IMG/VR virus record: IMGVR_UViG_3300021958_011310
DNA: 64,000 nucleotides
Origin: an uncultured virus (IMG/VR IMGVR_UViG_3300021958_011310)
Lineage: Duplodnaviria > Heunggongvirae > Uroviricota > Caudoviricetes
Direction: 5' to 3' (one strand)
Within the stretch, counting starts at the first letter, position 1; the number at the start of each line of letters is the position of its first letter. The position numbers were made by a program, and so were the translations under genes. Positions 10,334 through 20,741 of the stretch are shown here, one piece after another. Under the pieces are notes generated by a model. That model saw only the letters and a program-made list of their open reading frames with translations. It was not told where the DNA came from and ran no database searches.

Positions 10334-10899
10334 AAGAAATTTTTGAAAACATATACAAAAATAAAGTATGGAGCGATAAGTATGGGACAAAAAGCGGGGA
10401 AGGGGCAAGCATCGAATGCTCTAAGGATTTTCTTGTTTGGCTTCAGACGTTCATCTGCAAAAACAAAGTTGAGTCAATTTTAGATTTGGGTTGCGGAGAT
10501 TTTAATTTGTTGAAATTTTTGAATTTTAAAAAAGTTGCTTATTTAGGGGTAGATATAGTCGATTCTGTAATAAAGGAAAACAAAAAAAAATATAGTAATT
10601 CAAATATAACTTTCATAAACGAAAATATTTTGAATTTTGCTGCTCCGAAAAAATTTGATTTGGTAATAATTAAGGATGTTTTACAGCACTTAAGTAATGA
10701 ATCTATAATACTCTTAATGAGTAAGGTGGATTATGGTCGCGATATATTGGCAATAAACGACTTTGCCGAGTTGAATACTGACACAGACGACGGAGGCTAT
10801 AGAGGGTTAAATTTAAACTCGAATCCATTTTATTTTGGTTATAAGGAATTATTTGATTTCGATTCTTGTGGGTTTTTAAAACGAGTGTATAGCAAATGA
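10330..10899 (+). CDS. Class I SAM-dependent methyltransferase
   Basis: ILDLGCGD, GVDIV and KDVLQHL motifs; GTG start overlapping the upstream stop. Confidence 0.8.
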   Translation: MKEIFENIYKNKVWSDKYGTKSGEGASIECSKDFLVWLQTFICKNKVESILDLGCGDFNLLKFLNFKKVAYLGVDIVDSVIKENKKKYSNSNITFINENILNFAAPKKFDLVIIKDVLQHLSNESIILLMSKVDYGRDILAINDFAELNTDTDDGGYRGLNLNSNPFYFGYKELFDFDSCGFLKRVYSK

Positions 10900-11846
10900 A
10901 AATTTTAGTTAATTGCGACGTAAATCTGTTCGAGGCAAAAAGAGATGTTACGGCTTTGAAACAAATTAAATTTATGCAAAAGCTACATCCAGATATAATG
11001 TATGTAGGTAACGGGTGTAAAAATACAAATTTTGAGGAGGCAATAATAAACTTCAAACCTGATGTGGTATTTTTTGCCGCAGATTTTAAATACAATCAGA
11101 TAAGATGGTCTAAAAACATCAGATGCGTTAAAGTTGCGTGTTATCAAGATTTTTGGGACGAATTAGAAATTAGATGCAAAATTCTTCAGGATAATAATAT
11201 TCACGGGCTTATAACAAAAAATTATATTCCAGAAAAATATTCTTTGTTAGCAAAAAATATCATACATAAGGTCAATCCGTCTGGCTACGACGAAGAGATC
11301 TTTAAACCAATTTATACTGAAAAAAAATATGATATCTTAATGAGCGGTTACACATGGAGAGAAAGGTATCCTGCGAGACATAGACTTTTTAATATTATCA
11401 ATAGTATTTCTCACAAAATAAAAGTTCACTATCGGTGCCATAAAGGTTATCATTACAAAGATCCGAAGGAAAAAAGAAACGAACAGGAAAAATATAATGC
11501 AGAAATAAATTTAGCAAAATTTGCGTTAGCCGGTACAGCTTTAGATGAAAATCTTCACATGCAAAAAACGTGGGAAATACCGGCAACTTCGGCTATCTGC
11601 ATAACAGACGGAAACGATAACGAACCTGACGCAGAAAAAATAAAAAAACACTCTATTGTTCTTGATTTAAATTCAACAGATAAACAAATATCAGACAGGA
11701 TATTAAGCATGGTGAAAAATTATGATTCGTCGTTTTCAAAAAAAGCGAATTCTATCGTTGAATCATACGCTTCCTTATCTCACAGGACCCAGCAGCTTCT
11801 AGACTCCATTTATTCAATATATGAAGAATCAAGCCGTTTTATCTAG
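10896..11846 (+). CDS. CgeB-like/GT1-fold glycosyltransferase
   Basis: GYDEEIFKP..KKYDI, YPAR and KTWEIPA motifs; lies in the GT cluster. Confidence 0.55.
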   Translation: MKILVNCDVNLFEAKRDVTALKQIKFMQKLHPDIMYVGNGCKNTNFEEAIINFKPDVVFFAADFKYNQIRWSKNIRCVKVACYQDFWDELEIRCKILQDNNIHGLITKNYIPEKYSLLAKNIIHKVNPSGYDEEIFKPIYTEKKYDILMSGYTWRERYPARHRLFNIINSISHKIKVHYRCHKGYHYKDPKEKRNEQEKYNAEINLAKFALAGTALDENLHMQKTWEIPATSAICITDGNDNEPDAEKIKKHSIVLDLNSTDKQISDRILSMVKNYDSSFSKKANSIVESYASLSHRTQQLLDSIYSIYEESSRFI

Positions 11847-12840
11847 TTTATTTAATTTTAAATCCGGTTACCAAGTTATACTTGACCAACTATTAAGCGA
11901 CGATTTTAAAGATGTTTTTACTTACAAAAGGGCTTACAGCACTGTTCCTAAAAAATACGAACATCATTTTGATAATTTGCCGGAATTTCCACATGGAGCA
12001 ACAGAATTATTTTTGACTCCTGCGGCCAATGAACTGTCCGCAAGCAATCCTCTATGCCATATACCAGATAACAAAAATAGAATTATTTTTACAATGTGGG
12101 AAAGTTCTAGAATTTATGATATTTTTATAGATATACTTAACAAGCAGCGATCTGTTATTGTTCCTAACAATTGGAATAAAGAGAACTTTATTCGACAAGG
12201 GGTAAAGGTTGATATTGATGTTTTACCTTTATTCGTAGACAATTCCTTTTGTTACAAACCCCCTTTTAAGAAAAACACTTTTGATTTCGGATGTTCTAAT
12301 AATGACCCTAGGAAAAGATTAAAAGATGTTATCCATTGCTTTCAAAAAGCTTTTCCCAGCCAAAAAGACGTAAGGCTAAATTTAAAATTATCAGAAAGAG
12401 ATTCCCCTATCGATTCTTACATGGACAATAGAATTAGTATAATAAAAAAAGATTTAAATGACGAATCTTTAAGACAATGGTATTGTGGCAACGATGTTTA
12501 TGTTTCGTGCGTTGCCGCAGAAGGGTGGGGCTTGATGCAACACGAAAGCATGGCTTGTGGAAGACCCGTTATTGCAGCAAGATACGCTGGGCTAAAAGAA
12601 CTTATGACAAGTCAAAATTCGTTTCCTGTTGATTATTTAGAAGTCCCAAGCGAAGGTTTTTGGAAATCTCCGTGTGGCAAATGGTCAAAATATGACGAAA
12701 ACCATATGATAAAAACGATGAGATATTGTTATAAGAATCAAAAGGAAGTGAAAAACAGAGGCCTCTTAGCTAGCAAAGATGCTTGTAAATTTTCCAAAGC
12801 ATTCTTTAAATCGCAATTATTGTCTATATTAAAAAAATAA
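11821..12840 (+). CDS. GT4 family glycosyltransferase
   Basis: TMWES, PRKR and EGWGL..HESMACG motifs. Confidence 0.8.
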   Translation: MKNQAVLSSLFNFKSGYQVILDQLLSDDFKDVFTYKRAYSTVPKKYEHHFDNLPEFPHGATELFLTPAANELSASNPLCHIPDNKNRIIFTMWESSRIYDIFIDILNKQRSVIVPNNWNKENFIRQGVKVDIDVLPLFVDNSFCYKPPFKKNTFDFGCSNNDPRKRLKDVIHCFQKAFPSQKDVRLNLKLSERDSPIDSYMDNRISIIKKDLNDESLRQWYCGNDVYVSCVAAEGWGLMQHESMACGRPVIAARYAGLKELMTSQNSFPVDYLEVPSEGFWKSPCGKWSKYDENHMIKTMRYCYKNQKEVKNRGLLASKDACKFSKAFFKSQLLSILKK

Positions 12841-12865
12841 CTAGATTTTAGTGTAATATTTAACA

Positions 12866-14158
12866 GTGAGAAAAAGAATAACATACGGCCAGAGTTTGGT
12901 TTTGTGCTCTCAGCCGCCTGCGTTTCAGAGTAATACTCTCAACGTTTCAGGTTTAAAGAGGGTGCAAAATTGTGATATAGAATTTTCTTTCGCAAGAGAG
13001 AGGTTTAAGCAGGTTGGTAGTGAAGATTTCGTTGGAGATGTTCATCTACGCAACGCTGATATACGTTTTGGTTTAAATTATTATTATTCTAACGGTGCGA
13101 ATGAAGCTTTAATGGGACTCAATGTTGATGGTAATAGTGGTCACGCATTAAAATACATCAAAAAAGAAAATCAAGACAGAAATTATTATATCGTGCAGGG
13201 TAGCGGGGAAAACTTTGAGCCTTTAAATGAAACAAGTTTTCTTGATAATTACAATGTAATGGGTTTAGGCAATGTTTTTTTAGATAGTTATTCTTTTTCT
13301 GCGTCTGTAGGGGCACCAATAAGCGTAAGCACTTCTTTATCTGCATATAATATGCAACTTGATGATTATAACGAAAGCAACGGTGAATACATACCAGCAA
13401 TAGATTCCTCAAATGGAACGACATCTTCAACACACAAGTATAAAATACTAACAGGTAATATAAAAAATGTTACAAATCTAGACGGATATATAGATGCAGC
13501 GCTTTCCCCTAATGATATAGAGTTAGTTTTGCCTTCTGACATTAATGTTGCTGGTATGGAGTTTACTGGAGATGGGCAAATGGCTCATATTCAATCTTTT
13601 GAATTATCATTTAATATTGATAGACATGATTTATATGGCTTCGGTAGTATGTATCCCTACGGTAGAAGAGCAATACTTCCAATATTAGGATCTTTGAATT
13701 TTTCTGCTATAGCCAGCGAATTTACAACAGGAACATTACACACAATAATAAATTCAGGAGAAAAAGAATTTGATTTCACTTTTAACTTTTTAAATTGCAG
13801 CGGTCAAACTGGATTGCAATTAGATATAGAGAAAGCAAAAATGGACTCCCAATCTTTTGGAGAGTCCATAGGAGACAATGCCGCCGTGGATATTAGCTTT
13901 TCTTTTCCTATGTCAAGTACGACAGGGTTTAGAGTAAGCACTCCACCTTTAATAATTGACCAACCAGAAGATTCCGCTGCAGCAATGACTACGACTGCTA
14001 CAGGTAAAACTCCTATTACTTATAAGTGGTTCGATGCAAGTGATGATTCGCAAGTAGCGACAGGTCCCAGTTATAACCCCACAGTAGAAGGGGATTATTA
14101 TTGTGTAGCTTATAATGATTTAGGTTCAGGTGTAAGTAAAACCGCGCATGCTACTTAA
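12866..14158 (+). CDS. Tail tube-like structural protein with C-terminal Ig-like domain
   Basis: Beta-rich sequence; C-terminal TYKW...GDYYCVAYN Ig signature; preceded by a GTGTAAT motif. Confidence 0.55.
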   Translation: MRKRITYGQSLVLCSQPPAFQSNTLNVSGLKRVQNCDIEFSFARERFKQVGSEDFVGDVHLRNADIRFGLNYYYSNGANEALMGLNVDGNSGHALKYIKKENQDRNYYIVQGSGENFEPLNETSFLDNYNVMGLGNVFLDSYSFSASVGAPISVSTSLSAYNMQLDDYNESNGEYIPAIDSSNGTTSSTHKYKILTGNIKNVTNLDGYIDAALSPNDIELVLPSDINVAGMEFTGDGQMAHIQSFELSFNIDRHDLYGFGSMYPYGRRAILPILGSLNFSAIASEFTTGTLHTIINSGEKEFDFTFNFLNCSGQTGLQLDIEKAKMDSQSFGESIGDNAAVDISFSFPMSSTTGFRVSTPPLIIDQPEDSAAAMTTTATGKTPITYKWFDASDDSQVATGPSYNPTVEGDYYCVAYNDLGSGVSKTAHAT

Positions 14159-14553
14159 AAGTCTATTTTAACATTTTTTGTTTCAATACTTTTAGGTTTA
14201 TCAGCTAGATGTTTTTTGCCAGTTTTCTTTTCGTATTTGTCAAAATAACCTCTTTTAACTGGGTCTTCACCTGTAGCCGATTGCGCCGCTCTTTTTTCAC
14301 TTAATTCTTTAGCGTGATTTTCTATATCACCGTAAGTACCTTTCATTTGAGCGCTCCTATTAACAAAAGAATTTTGATCCCAAGGGTCAACGGATTTAGT
14401 GCTAGTTAAGCCCATATTAATTTCAGGCAGATCATACAATCTTTCCCAACAATCTTCATTTCCGTTTTCACCTTTGTAATGCTGATAATCTTTCATCTTC
14501 ATCACAATGTCTCGAATCTCTCCTGTTTCGGTATTTTTAAAACTGTATATCAT
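14155..14553 (-). CDS. Hypothetical protein, FmdB-like N-terminus
   Basis: MIYSFKN..TGE pattern; conserved-looking phage ORF. Confidence 0.5.
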   Translation of the reverse strand: MIYSFKNTETGEIRDIVMKMKDYQHYKGENGNEDCWERLYDLPEINMGLTSTKSVDPWDQNSFVNRSAQMKGTYGDIENHAKELSEKRAAQSATGEDPVKRGYFDKYEKKTGKKHLADKPKSIETKNVKIDF

Positions 14554-14933
14554 TCTATTTTAATTTCTACACCTATTTGTTCTTTCTTTTTAGGTAAGCT
14601 TAAGGATAGGACTCCATCCTGAACTTTAGCGGAGATATTTTTGATATCAACTTTTTCGTTAATCTTTAATCTATGTAAAACTTGCCCGTCTTCGTTATCT
14701 TTTTTTGAAGATACCGATACCACGTTTTTTTCTACTTTGATAGCAACGTTACTTTTATTATAACTGGGAACATAAAGGTCCATATTATAGCTATCGCTTA
14801 GTTCTTCATAGTTTCGAATATTACTTTCGTTACTGTAGCTTAAAGGTAAAAAACTTTTTGCACGTTCTAAACCAAATGATTTATCAAGATCATCTAAGAT
14901 CTTGCCTAATGATAATGTCACACTGTTATCCAT
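14550..14933 (-). CDS. Small heat shock protein (Hsp20/alpha-crystallin)
   Basis: ISAKVQDGVLSLSLPK motif; likely start MDNSV. Confidence 0.85.
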   Translation of the reverse strand: MDNSVTLSLGKILDDLDKSFGLERAKSFLPLSYSNESNIRNYEELSDSYNMDLYVPSYNKSNVAIKVEKNVVSVSSKKDNEDGQVLHRLKINEKVDIKNISAKVQDGVLSLSLPKKKEQIGVEIKIE

Positions 14934-14946
14934 ATGATACACTAAG

Positions 14947-14963
14947 AGAAAGAATTGTGCCAA
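14947..14963 (-). promoter_or_regulatory. Putative sigma54 -24/-12 promoter of hsp20
   Basis: Minus strand reads TTGGCACAATTCTTTCT against the consensus TGGCAC-N5-TTGC. Confidence 0.45.
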
Positions 14964-15078
14964 CTTAAAACTATTGATTTTACTAGTGTTTTTGGCTATT
15001 AGTGCCATAGTGACACTAAATAATTAATTAAATTTGTGTCATTTATGTACGACATAATGTCTCAAATAAGATTTTTAT

Positions 15079-16164
15079 TTAACTATTTTTTATGATCTCT
15101 TTTAGCGAATCAACAGTTTTCTTGTAGGTGAATTTTTTCGCCATACCCAAACCGCCTTCATTTGTTACATCATGAAGATCTGTGGCCTTATCCATTGCCT
15201 CTGAAACCTGATCTTCATCAAAAGTACATATGCTTCCTTGATTCCATTTAGACTCTCTATTGAAAAATAATCCATCATGAGCCTCTTCTTTTCCTTGAGG
15301 TTCTAAAAGAATACTGTTTTCTTTTGTTGCCCATGAAGAATGCCCTGTATGGTTATAAACTATAGACCATTTTCCGAGTGCAGTAGCATTAAATGCTGGC
15401 AAGTTCCATCCTTCAGCCCCGCTAAGTCCAGTTAAGTCAATATGAGCAGAATTAAGTAAATGGTTTACTTCTGAGTTAGTTTTTAAGTGAGGAAGGAAAT
15501 TTAAGTTGCTATAATGCTTACCTTGGGTAATAGAACCTAAAACGTTCTTCATATCATTTTCTTTAAGGAAGGGATTATTAACACAACAAGAAAGTAGGTA
15601 CCTATTATCATTACCGTATTTTTTGAGCCAAAGCTGAATAATTTCTTTAGTGTGTTTTCGTTTTTCAAACTTACCCATTAAGACAAAATGTATTTTATTT
15701 TTAATTAAGGGTTTGTCTATTACGTGAAAATCTTCATCGAACCCTAAATTAACTTTATGTAGGTTTTCACACCCTTCATCAGAAAAAGCTTTCATTGAAG
15801 ATGAGGTTGTGAAAATAGTAGATGTTTGCATATCTACTATTTTTTTCTCTGTAAAAGTTGGCTCGTCGAGTTCATGAAACGTTAATAAGTGATTATTATT
15901 ACCAATACTTTTCTCCGCTCCGTTTAAATGCCACAAAGTTAAAGTAGGATATTCTTTACTTAGGTTGTGATACCGATATTCTACAGAGTTATCAATCCAA
16001 GATTTAAAATCTTGATCTATTTTATCAAATGAACTGAAGTCAACATTTCCACCTATAGGAAAAATGATAACTTTATCGTCTTGTTTATAAAACTCACGAA
16101 GAATATTGTAACTAACATTGCCAAAAGACAAATTATTGATTGGTGCGTTAAATATTAAATTCAT
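15079..16164 (-). CDS. GT4 family glycosyltransferase
   Basis: GKFEKRK and EGWNLPAF motifs. Confidence 0.75.
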   Translation of the reverse strand: MNLIFNAPINNLSFGNVSYNILREFYKQDDKVIIFPIGGNVDFSSFDKIDQDFKSWIDNSVEYRYHNLSKEYPTLTLWHLNGAEKSIGNNNHLLTFHELDEPTFTEKKIVDMQTSTIFTTSSSMKAFSDEGCENLHKVNLGFDEDFHVIDKPLIKNKIHFVLMGKFEKRKHTKEIIQLWLKKYGNDNRYLLSCCVNNPFLKENDMKNVLGSITQGKHYSNLNFLPHLKTNSEVNHLLNSAHIDLTGLSGAEGWNLPAFNATALGKWSIVYNHTGHSSWATKENSILLEPQGKEEAHDGLFFNRESKWNQGSICTFDEDQVSEAMDKATDLHDVTNEGGLGMAKKFTYKKTVDSLKEIIKNS

Positions 16165-16820
16165 ACTTTTTTAAGGTTTTTCCTAATATAGGGTAAGGCT
16201 TGATTGTGGATATTTATGCAGCCTTGTATTGATAAGTTGAGTTTTTTACCTACAACTTTCCATGGTGTTAATTTGTTTAGCCGATTTTTAGTTTTAAAGT
16301 TCTCTTTGTCAGAATTCTTGTCAAGAGGGTCTAGATATCTTAACTTAAATATTTCTAAGACTCTTCGGTCTGGATGCCTTTCGAGTATTACGAATATTTT
16401 TTCTACTATTTTTGGTGACAGCTCTATTTCTTCGGGGGTGTGTGTCTCGGGGCTTTCTTGGTAAAGTTTTAATATCTGGTTTCGGTCTAGAGATGTTGCA
16501 TCTTCGTAATAGTTGTTGGTATACTTTTTATTTTTATTGTAAAAGTTTAAACAATGCCACTTAGTCTCGTTTCCTAGAAAGGTGCTGAATTTAGCCCCTT
16601 TATCTTTTTCGTAACGTAAACATGCTTTATAAAATAGAAACTCTATATCTTCAAGCATCTCTTCTCTGTGGTATGAATTTTTATAACATACAGTGTAATT
16701 GTTAACCATATCATAAAATATACCACTATGCCTGTTGATCAACTCATACAAGCAGTCTTGAGTATATTTATCTTCTTTAAGGCTATATACCAATTCTGTA
16801 TCGCTTTTATCTTCAAACAT
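16161..16820 (-). CDS. Phage-encoded sigma70-family sigma factor
   Basis: Region-2-like YEKDKGAKFSTFL and C-terminal HTH (IFKLRY...WKVVGKKLNLS). Confidence 0.75.
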   Translation of the reverse strand: MFEDKSDTELVYSLKEDKYTQDCLYELINRHSGIFYDMVNNYTVCYKNSYHREEMLEDIEFLFYKACLRYEKDKGAKFSTFLGNETKWHCLNFYNKNKKYTNNYYEDATSLDRNQILKLYQESPETHTPEEIELSPKIVEKIFVILERHPDRRVLEIFKLRYLDPLDKNSDKENFKTKNRLNKLTPWKVVGKKLNLSIQGCINIHNQALPYIRKNLKKV

Positions 16821-17359
16821 TATTCAATCTTACTTACGAAATCTTTTACCATTTGCAAACCTTTTTTTTCAAAGTTTTTCATCTGTGGCCATTCGAAGAA
16901 ATGCGATGCCTTTCTTTTTAAGGTTAAGGTCTCTTTTTCTATATAACCTTTAGGCTCGCATCCATCCTGATGAATATAAACAGAAAAACCGTTTTTATTT
17001 ATCCACTCTATTTCGTTTGAAAAACGAACATCTGGAATTATTGTTATAAAACCTTTTTCGTAATTTTCAACAACTTTTTTCTTAATTTTTTTTATCCAGT
17101 GATCTTTATCAAACTTTTTGCGTATAACATCCGTTCCCCAGCAAATCAACATAGGCCTTATAATTTCTTTTTCCGTAGGCTCCTCAGTGAAAGCGGAAAT
17201 ACCAATATTTGATTTTAAGAAAGGGTCCAAATCTTTTTTTAACTCATAAGCAAAACTAGCTCTTTTATAAAGATTGGGATTAGTAGATTTAAGGAATGAA
17301 GCAAAGCTATCTTTACCGCACCTAGCTACCCCACATAAGCCTATAATTTTTCTTTTCAT
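16820..17359 (-). CDS. Deoxynucleoside monophosphate kinase
   Basis: GVARCGKD P-loop, SFAYELK and PDVRFSNE motifs. Confidence 0.8.
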   Translation of the reverse strand: MKRKIIGLCGVARCGKDSFASFLKSTNPNLYKRASFAYELKKDLDPFLKSNIGISAFTEEPTEKEIIRPMLICWGTDVIRKKFDKDHWIKKIKKKVVENYEKGFITIIPDVRFSNEIEWINKNGFSVYIHQDGCEPKGYIEKETLTLKRKASHFFEWPQMKNFEKKGLQMVKDFVSKIE

Positions 17360-17865
17360 ACTCCAGTACTACCGAATCCACCAAGACCTCGATCTGATGG
17401 AGGCAGATTAACAGAAAATTCCATATGAGGGTGAAAATGAGTAGTCCAAACAAGTTGACCTATTTTATCGCCCTTCTGATAAATCTTTTTGAGATCAATC
17501 TTAGTGAAAACTTTTCCACCGTCAACAACTAAATCTTGAGGCTGAGAAATATATTTGAATCTTACTTTAATAGTGTCTCTGTAACCGCTATCTACAACTC
17601 CTACAGAGTTGGCTAAAGCTAAGTTATACTTTGATACAGAGCTTCGAGGGTATACCAGAGCGTAAAAAGAATCTAGAGGTGCTACAGAGGCATTTGTGTC
17701 GTATTCAATATACGATATTTCTTCATACAGCGTTCTTGAGCTTTTCTTTTTAACTCCTACGATTTTAGGGTCTTTATAGGAAATCAAATCGTAACCTGCG
17801 TCGCCTTGGTATTCTGGTCTTTTTAAAGTTTGAAAATCTGGATCTGTTTTAATTTGAACTATCAT
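17356..17865 (-). CDS. dut: dUTPase
   Basis: DAGYDL, PRSS, GVVDSGYR and RGLGGFGSTG motifs. Confidence 0.95.
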   Translation of the reverse strand: MIVQIKTDPDFQTLKRPEYQGDAGYDLISYKDPKIVGVKKKSSRTLYEEISYIEYDTNASVAPLDSFYALVYPRSSVSKYNLALANSVGVVDSGYRDTIKVRFKYISQPQDLVVDGGKVFTKIDLKKIYQKGDKIGQLVWTTHFHPHMEFSVNLPPSDRGLGGFGSTGV

Positions 17866-17896
17866 AAAGTTTAATAAAGTATGTTTGTATATAGTA

Positions 17897-18036
17897 TACC
17901 TATAGATGGTACCTATAGATGGTACCTATAGATGGTACCTATAGATGGTACCTATAGATGGTACCTATAGATGGTACCTATAGATGGTACCTATAGATGG
18001 TACCTATAGATGGTACCTATAGATGGTACCTATAGA
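17897..18036. repeat. Perfect 13-bp tandem array (TACCTATAGATGG) x10 plus a partial copy
   Basis: Read directly from the sequence; intergenic. Confidence 0.97.
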
Positions 18037-18078
18037 GACCTTAATACTTAAGGTATTTTAATGTCACTTTAAACTTTG

Positions 18079-18390
18079 TCAACTCTTTTGTGATGTTTTT
18101 TTAATGATTGACTCTAGTGACCTTGATAAATCTGGAAATCCTGCATCAAGAAGCAATTCCGGCATATAGAAGATTTCACACTCATGCTCTACCTGAACAT
18201 CAAGATTAGAAAGGTCACATACAGATAGAATACTTGACAAATTCAAGTTTTCCTTGTAATGTGCATAAGCATCTTTAAAACCTTGAATAGCAGCCTCACC
18301 TTCAGAAGAAGATGATACAACAACTTGCCAATTACTAGACGAGACCGAATAAAACTTTTTTTTACTTGAAATTTTTCTTATCATAAACAT
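18079..18390 (-). CDS. Hypothetical protein
   Basis: ORF divergent from the GT2 gene; start uncertain. Confidence 0.45.
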   Translation of the reverse strand: MFMIRKISSKKKFYSVSSSNWQVVVSSSSEGEAAIQGFKDAYAHYKENLNLSSILSVCDLSNLDVQVEHECEIFYMPELLLDAGFPDLSRSLESIIKKTSQKS

Positions 18391-18397
18391 AATACCT

Positions 18398-19120
18398 ATG
18401 GCTAATAGAGAACAAAATAAACAAGTAGGCATATTCTGCACACTTTATAAAGGCTCTATTTTCATAGAAGAATATCTAAAAAATATCGTAAGTCAAACTT
18501 TTTTTAATAAAACTAATTTTTATATTTTGGACTGTGCGTCCCCTGACGGCGAATACGAGATAATAAAAAAATATCTTGATTACCCTAACATAAAATACAA
18601 AAAATTAGAAAAAGATCCGGGCTTATATGCAGGGTGGAATATTTGTGTTGACTGGACTCAGGAAGAATATATCGGAAACTGGAATGTTGATGATAGAAAA
18701 ACGCCTTGGTCGATAGAGGTTCTTACAAAAGCGTTATTGAAAAATAAATCTTTAGATTTGGTTTATGGTCAAACTTTAGTAACAAATAAAGCTAATGATT
18801 GCTGGGATAAGTGCAAATCCAAACAAATCTACCCATGCTTACCTCACAGCTTTGAAAATTTGTTAAAAAATAATTCTCCGCATTGTATGCCAATATGGAA
18901 AAAGGATCTCCATGATAGATTTGGATATTTTAACGAAGATTATAAAACGGCATCAGATACAGATATGTGGCTTCGGGCATGCGAAGGGGGTGCTAACATG
19001 AAATTTGTAAATGAGATTGTAGGTTTATATTATGATAACCCTGACGGGAGATCGACAAATACAGAGACTTTAAAAGAGATGATAAATGAAGTAAGTAAAG
19101 TTAGGAGCTTGTATAGATGA
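18398..19120 (+). CDS. GT2 family glycosyltransferase
   Basis: LDCASPDG, GLYAGWN, NVDD and ASDTDMWLR motifs. Confidence 0.85.
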   Translation: MANREQNKQVGIFCTLYKGSIFIEEYLKNIVSQTFFNKTNFYILDCASPDGEYEIIKKYLDYPNIKYKKLEKDPGLYAGWNICVDWTQEEYIGNWNVDDRKTPWSIEVLTKALLKNKSLDLVYGQTLVTNKANDCWDKCKSKQIYPCLPHSFENLLKNNSPHCMPIWKKDLHDRFGYFNEDYKTASDTDMWLRACEGGANMKFVNEIVGLYYDNPDGRSTNTETLKEMINEVSKVRSLYR

Positions 19121-19935
19121 ATATCGTTTCTTACAGCTTATTTGAACCTAAAACTCAACATGCTCACAGGTTCTGGGACGCAAACAATGGAGAAGAAAAC
19201 CGGTATTGGTTCAATATAGAATCTTTATGTATAATAAATAGAATTCTGTATCCTGATTTTACAATGAGGATATACGCTTCTGAAAATATTAAAGATAACA
19301 GGTCTTATTCTGTTTTAGAAAAGCTACAAGAGACAGGCTTGCAAGTTTACTTTTCAGATGAAGAATATTCTAACCATGAACCAGCTTCGTGGAGAATAAA
19401 GCCATTGTGGGATTCAAATGTAGACCATTTATTAGTAAGAGATTTAGATTCTGTGCCTAATATTGATGAGTATAAATCTACCAGATATTTTTTAGATTCT
19501 AATTATACTGTAAGCACTATCAGGTCCCATGAAAATCATTATCAATATCCCTGCAGGATGTTGATAGGACTATCTTCTTTCAAGCCAAAAGAAATACCGG
19601 AAGATATATTATGTTCTGATTTTGAAAACTTTAGGGCAAAATATACCCCAGATAAAAACAAATGGGATAATGATCAGATCACCTTGATTAAAGCATTCAC
19701 TGATACAAATTCTGTATTTGCAATGCTTAACTTTTTAGATTTTAAAATAAATAACCAGAATAATGATCCTGATTTTAGTTGTCAGTCAGGCTCACGCGAA
19801 GACATGGGTACAATAGAGCTAACAGACCAACAGAAACAACTATTCTGTTTGATAGATGAACACAAATTGTCGGATTGGGCCGGTCAACCGTGCGACACTA
19901 GGGGTTCTTTTTTTGATAAAATAAAAAATATATAG
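19117..19935 (+). CDS. Putative glycosyltransferase-like protein
   Basis: IVSYSL and VRDLDS motifs; lies in the GT cluster. Confidence 0.45.
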   Translation: MNIVSYSLFEPKTQHAHRFWDANNGEENRYWFNIESLCIINRILYPDFTMRIYASENIKDNRSYSVLEKLQETGLQVYFSDEEYSNHEPASWRIKPLWDSNVDHLLVRDLDSVPNIDEYKSTRYFLDSNYTVSTIRSHENHYQYPCRMLIGLSSFKPKEIPEDILCSDFENFRAKYTPDKNKWDNDQITLIKAFTDTNSVFAMLNFLDFKINNQNNDPDFSCQSGSREDMGTIELTDQQKQLFCLIDEHKLSDWAGQPCDTRGSFFDKIKNI

Positions 19936-19937
19936 TT

Positions 19938-20741
19938 ATGAAACTTTACATTGGAAATAAGACTGAAGGTCATTCGGGTGACACAAGTAGAGAGCTTGTG
20001 AGTATGTGGGAAGAATCAAAGTATTGCGAAATAATACACGGTAAAACAAATGATGTTTATTTATGGGCTAATGAACCCAATGATATACTTCTTTATGAAT
20101 ATCCCAGAACAGATTGTTATCCCGGTTTACCTAAAAAATGGAACAAGGGTCTTTTTGGCAACATGCAAGTTGATTCGCCTGACGCAATGCCTTGGATTTT
20201 TTGGGCTAGAAGACCAAGGTTGCTAGAAGCGAAAATAAAAGAGGGCGTCAAAAAGTTTAAAGAAAGAAAAATTAAATCTGTTTTTCTCGGTAAAATAGAA
20301 AACGCTATTCAATATAACAATAGGGCTTCTAACAATTGGGACTCTTTTGTTGAAAAATTTAGTATGCCTTTAGATAAACACGCTTCAGGTAAATGGCCAT
20401 ATACTCAAGAAGAATATTTAGATATATTAAGGGACTCTAAATTCGGTCTTTGTCTCGCTGGTTTTGGCCCTAAATGCAACAGAGAAATTGAATATTTGGG
20501 ATTAGGGGTTGTTCCGATTATGACTCCCGGAGTTGACCTGTCATACCACAATAAACTAAAAGAAGGCGTTCACTATATAAAAGTAAATTATCCAATAGAG
20601 ATATCAGATGCAGTAAACAGTATGTCAGAATCAGAATGGACATTGATGTCAGAAAATTGCAGAGAATGGTATGAAGACAATTGCTCAAGAAGAGGGTCTT
20701 TTGATACCACTTTAAATGTAATAGAAAACATTAAGCGATGA
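19938..20741 (+). CDS. Exostosin/GT47-like glycosyltransferase
   Basis: SKFGLCLAGFG..CNREIE..GVVP motif. Confidence 0.6.
   Translation: MKLYIGNKTEGHSGDTSRELVSMWEESKYCEIIHGKTNDVYLWANEPNDILLYEYPRTDCYPGLPKKWNKGLFGNMQVDSPDAMPWIFWARRPRLLEAKIKEGVKKFKERKIKSVFLGKIENAIQYNNRASNNWDSFVEKFSMPLDKHASGKWPYTQEEYLDILRDSKFGLCLAGFGPKCNREIEYLGLGVVPIMTPGVDLSYHNKLKEGVHYIKVNYPIEISDAVNSMSESEWTLMSENCREWYEDNCSRRGSFDTTLNVIENIKR

Noticed and set aside
17897..18036. CRISPR or coding repeat
   Set aside because: No spacers, the unit length is not a multiple of 3, and no ORF spans it
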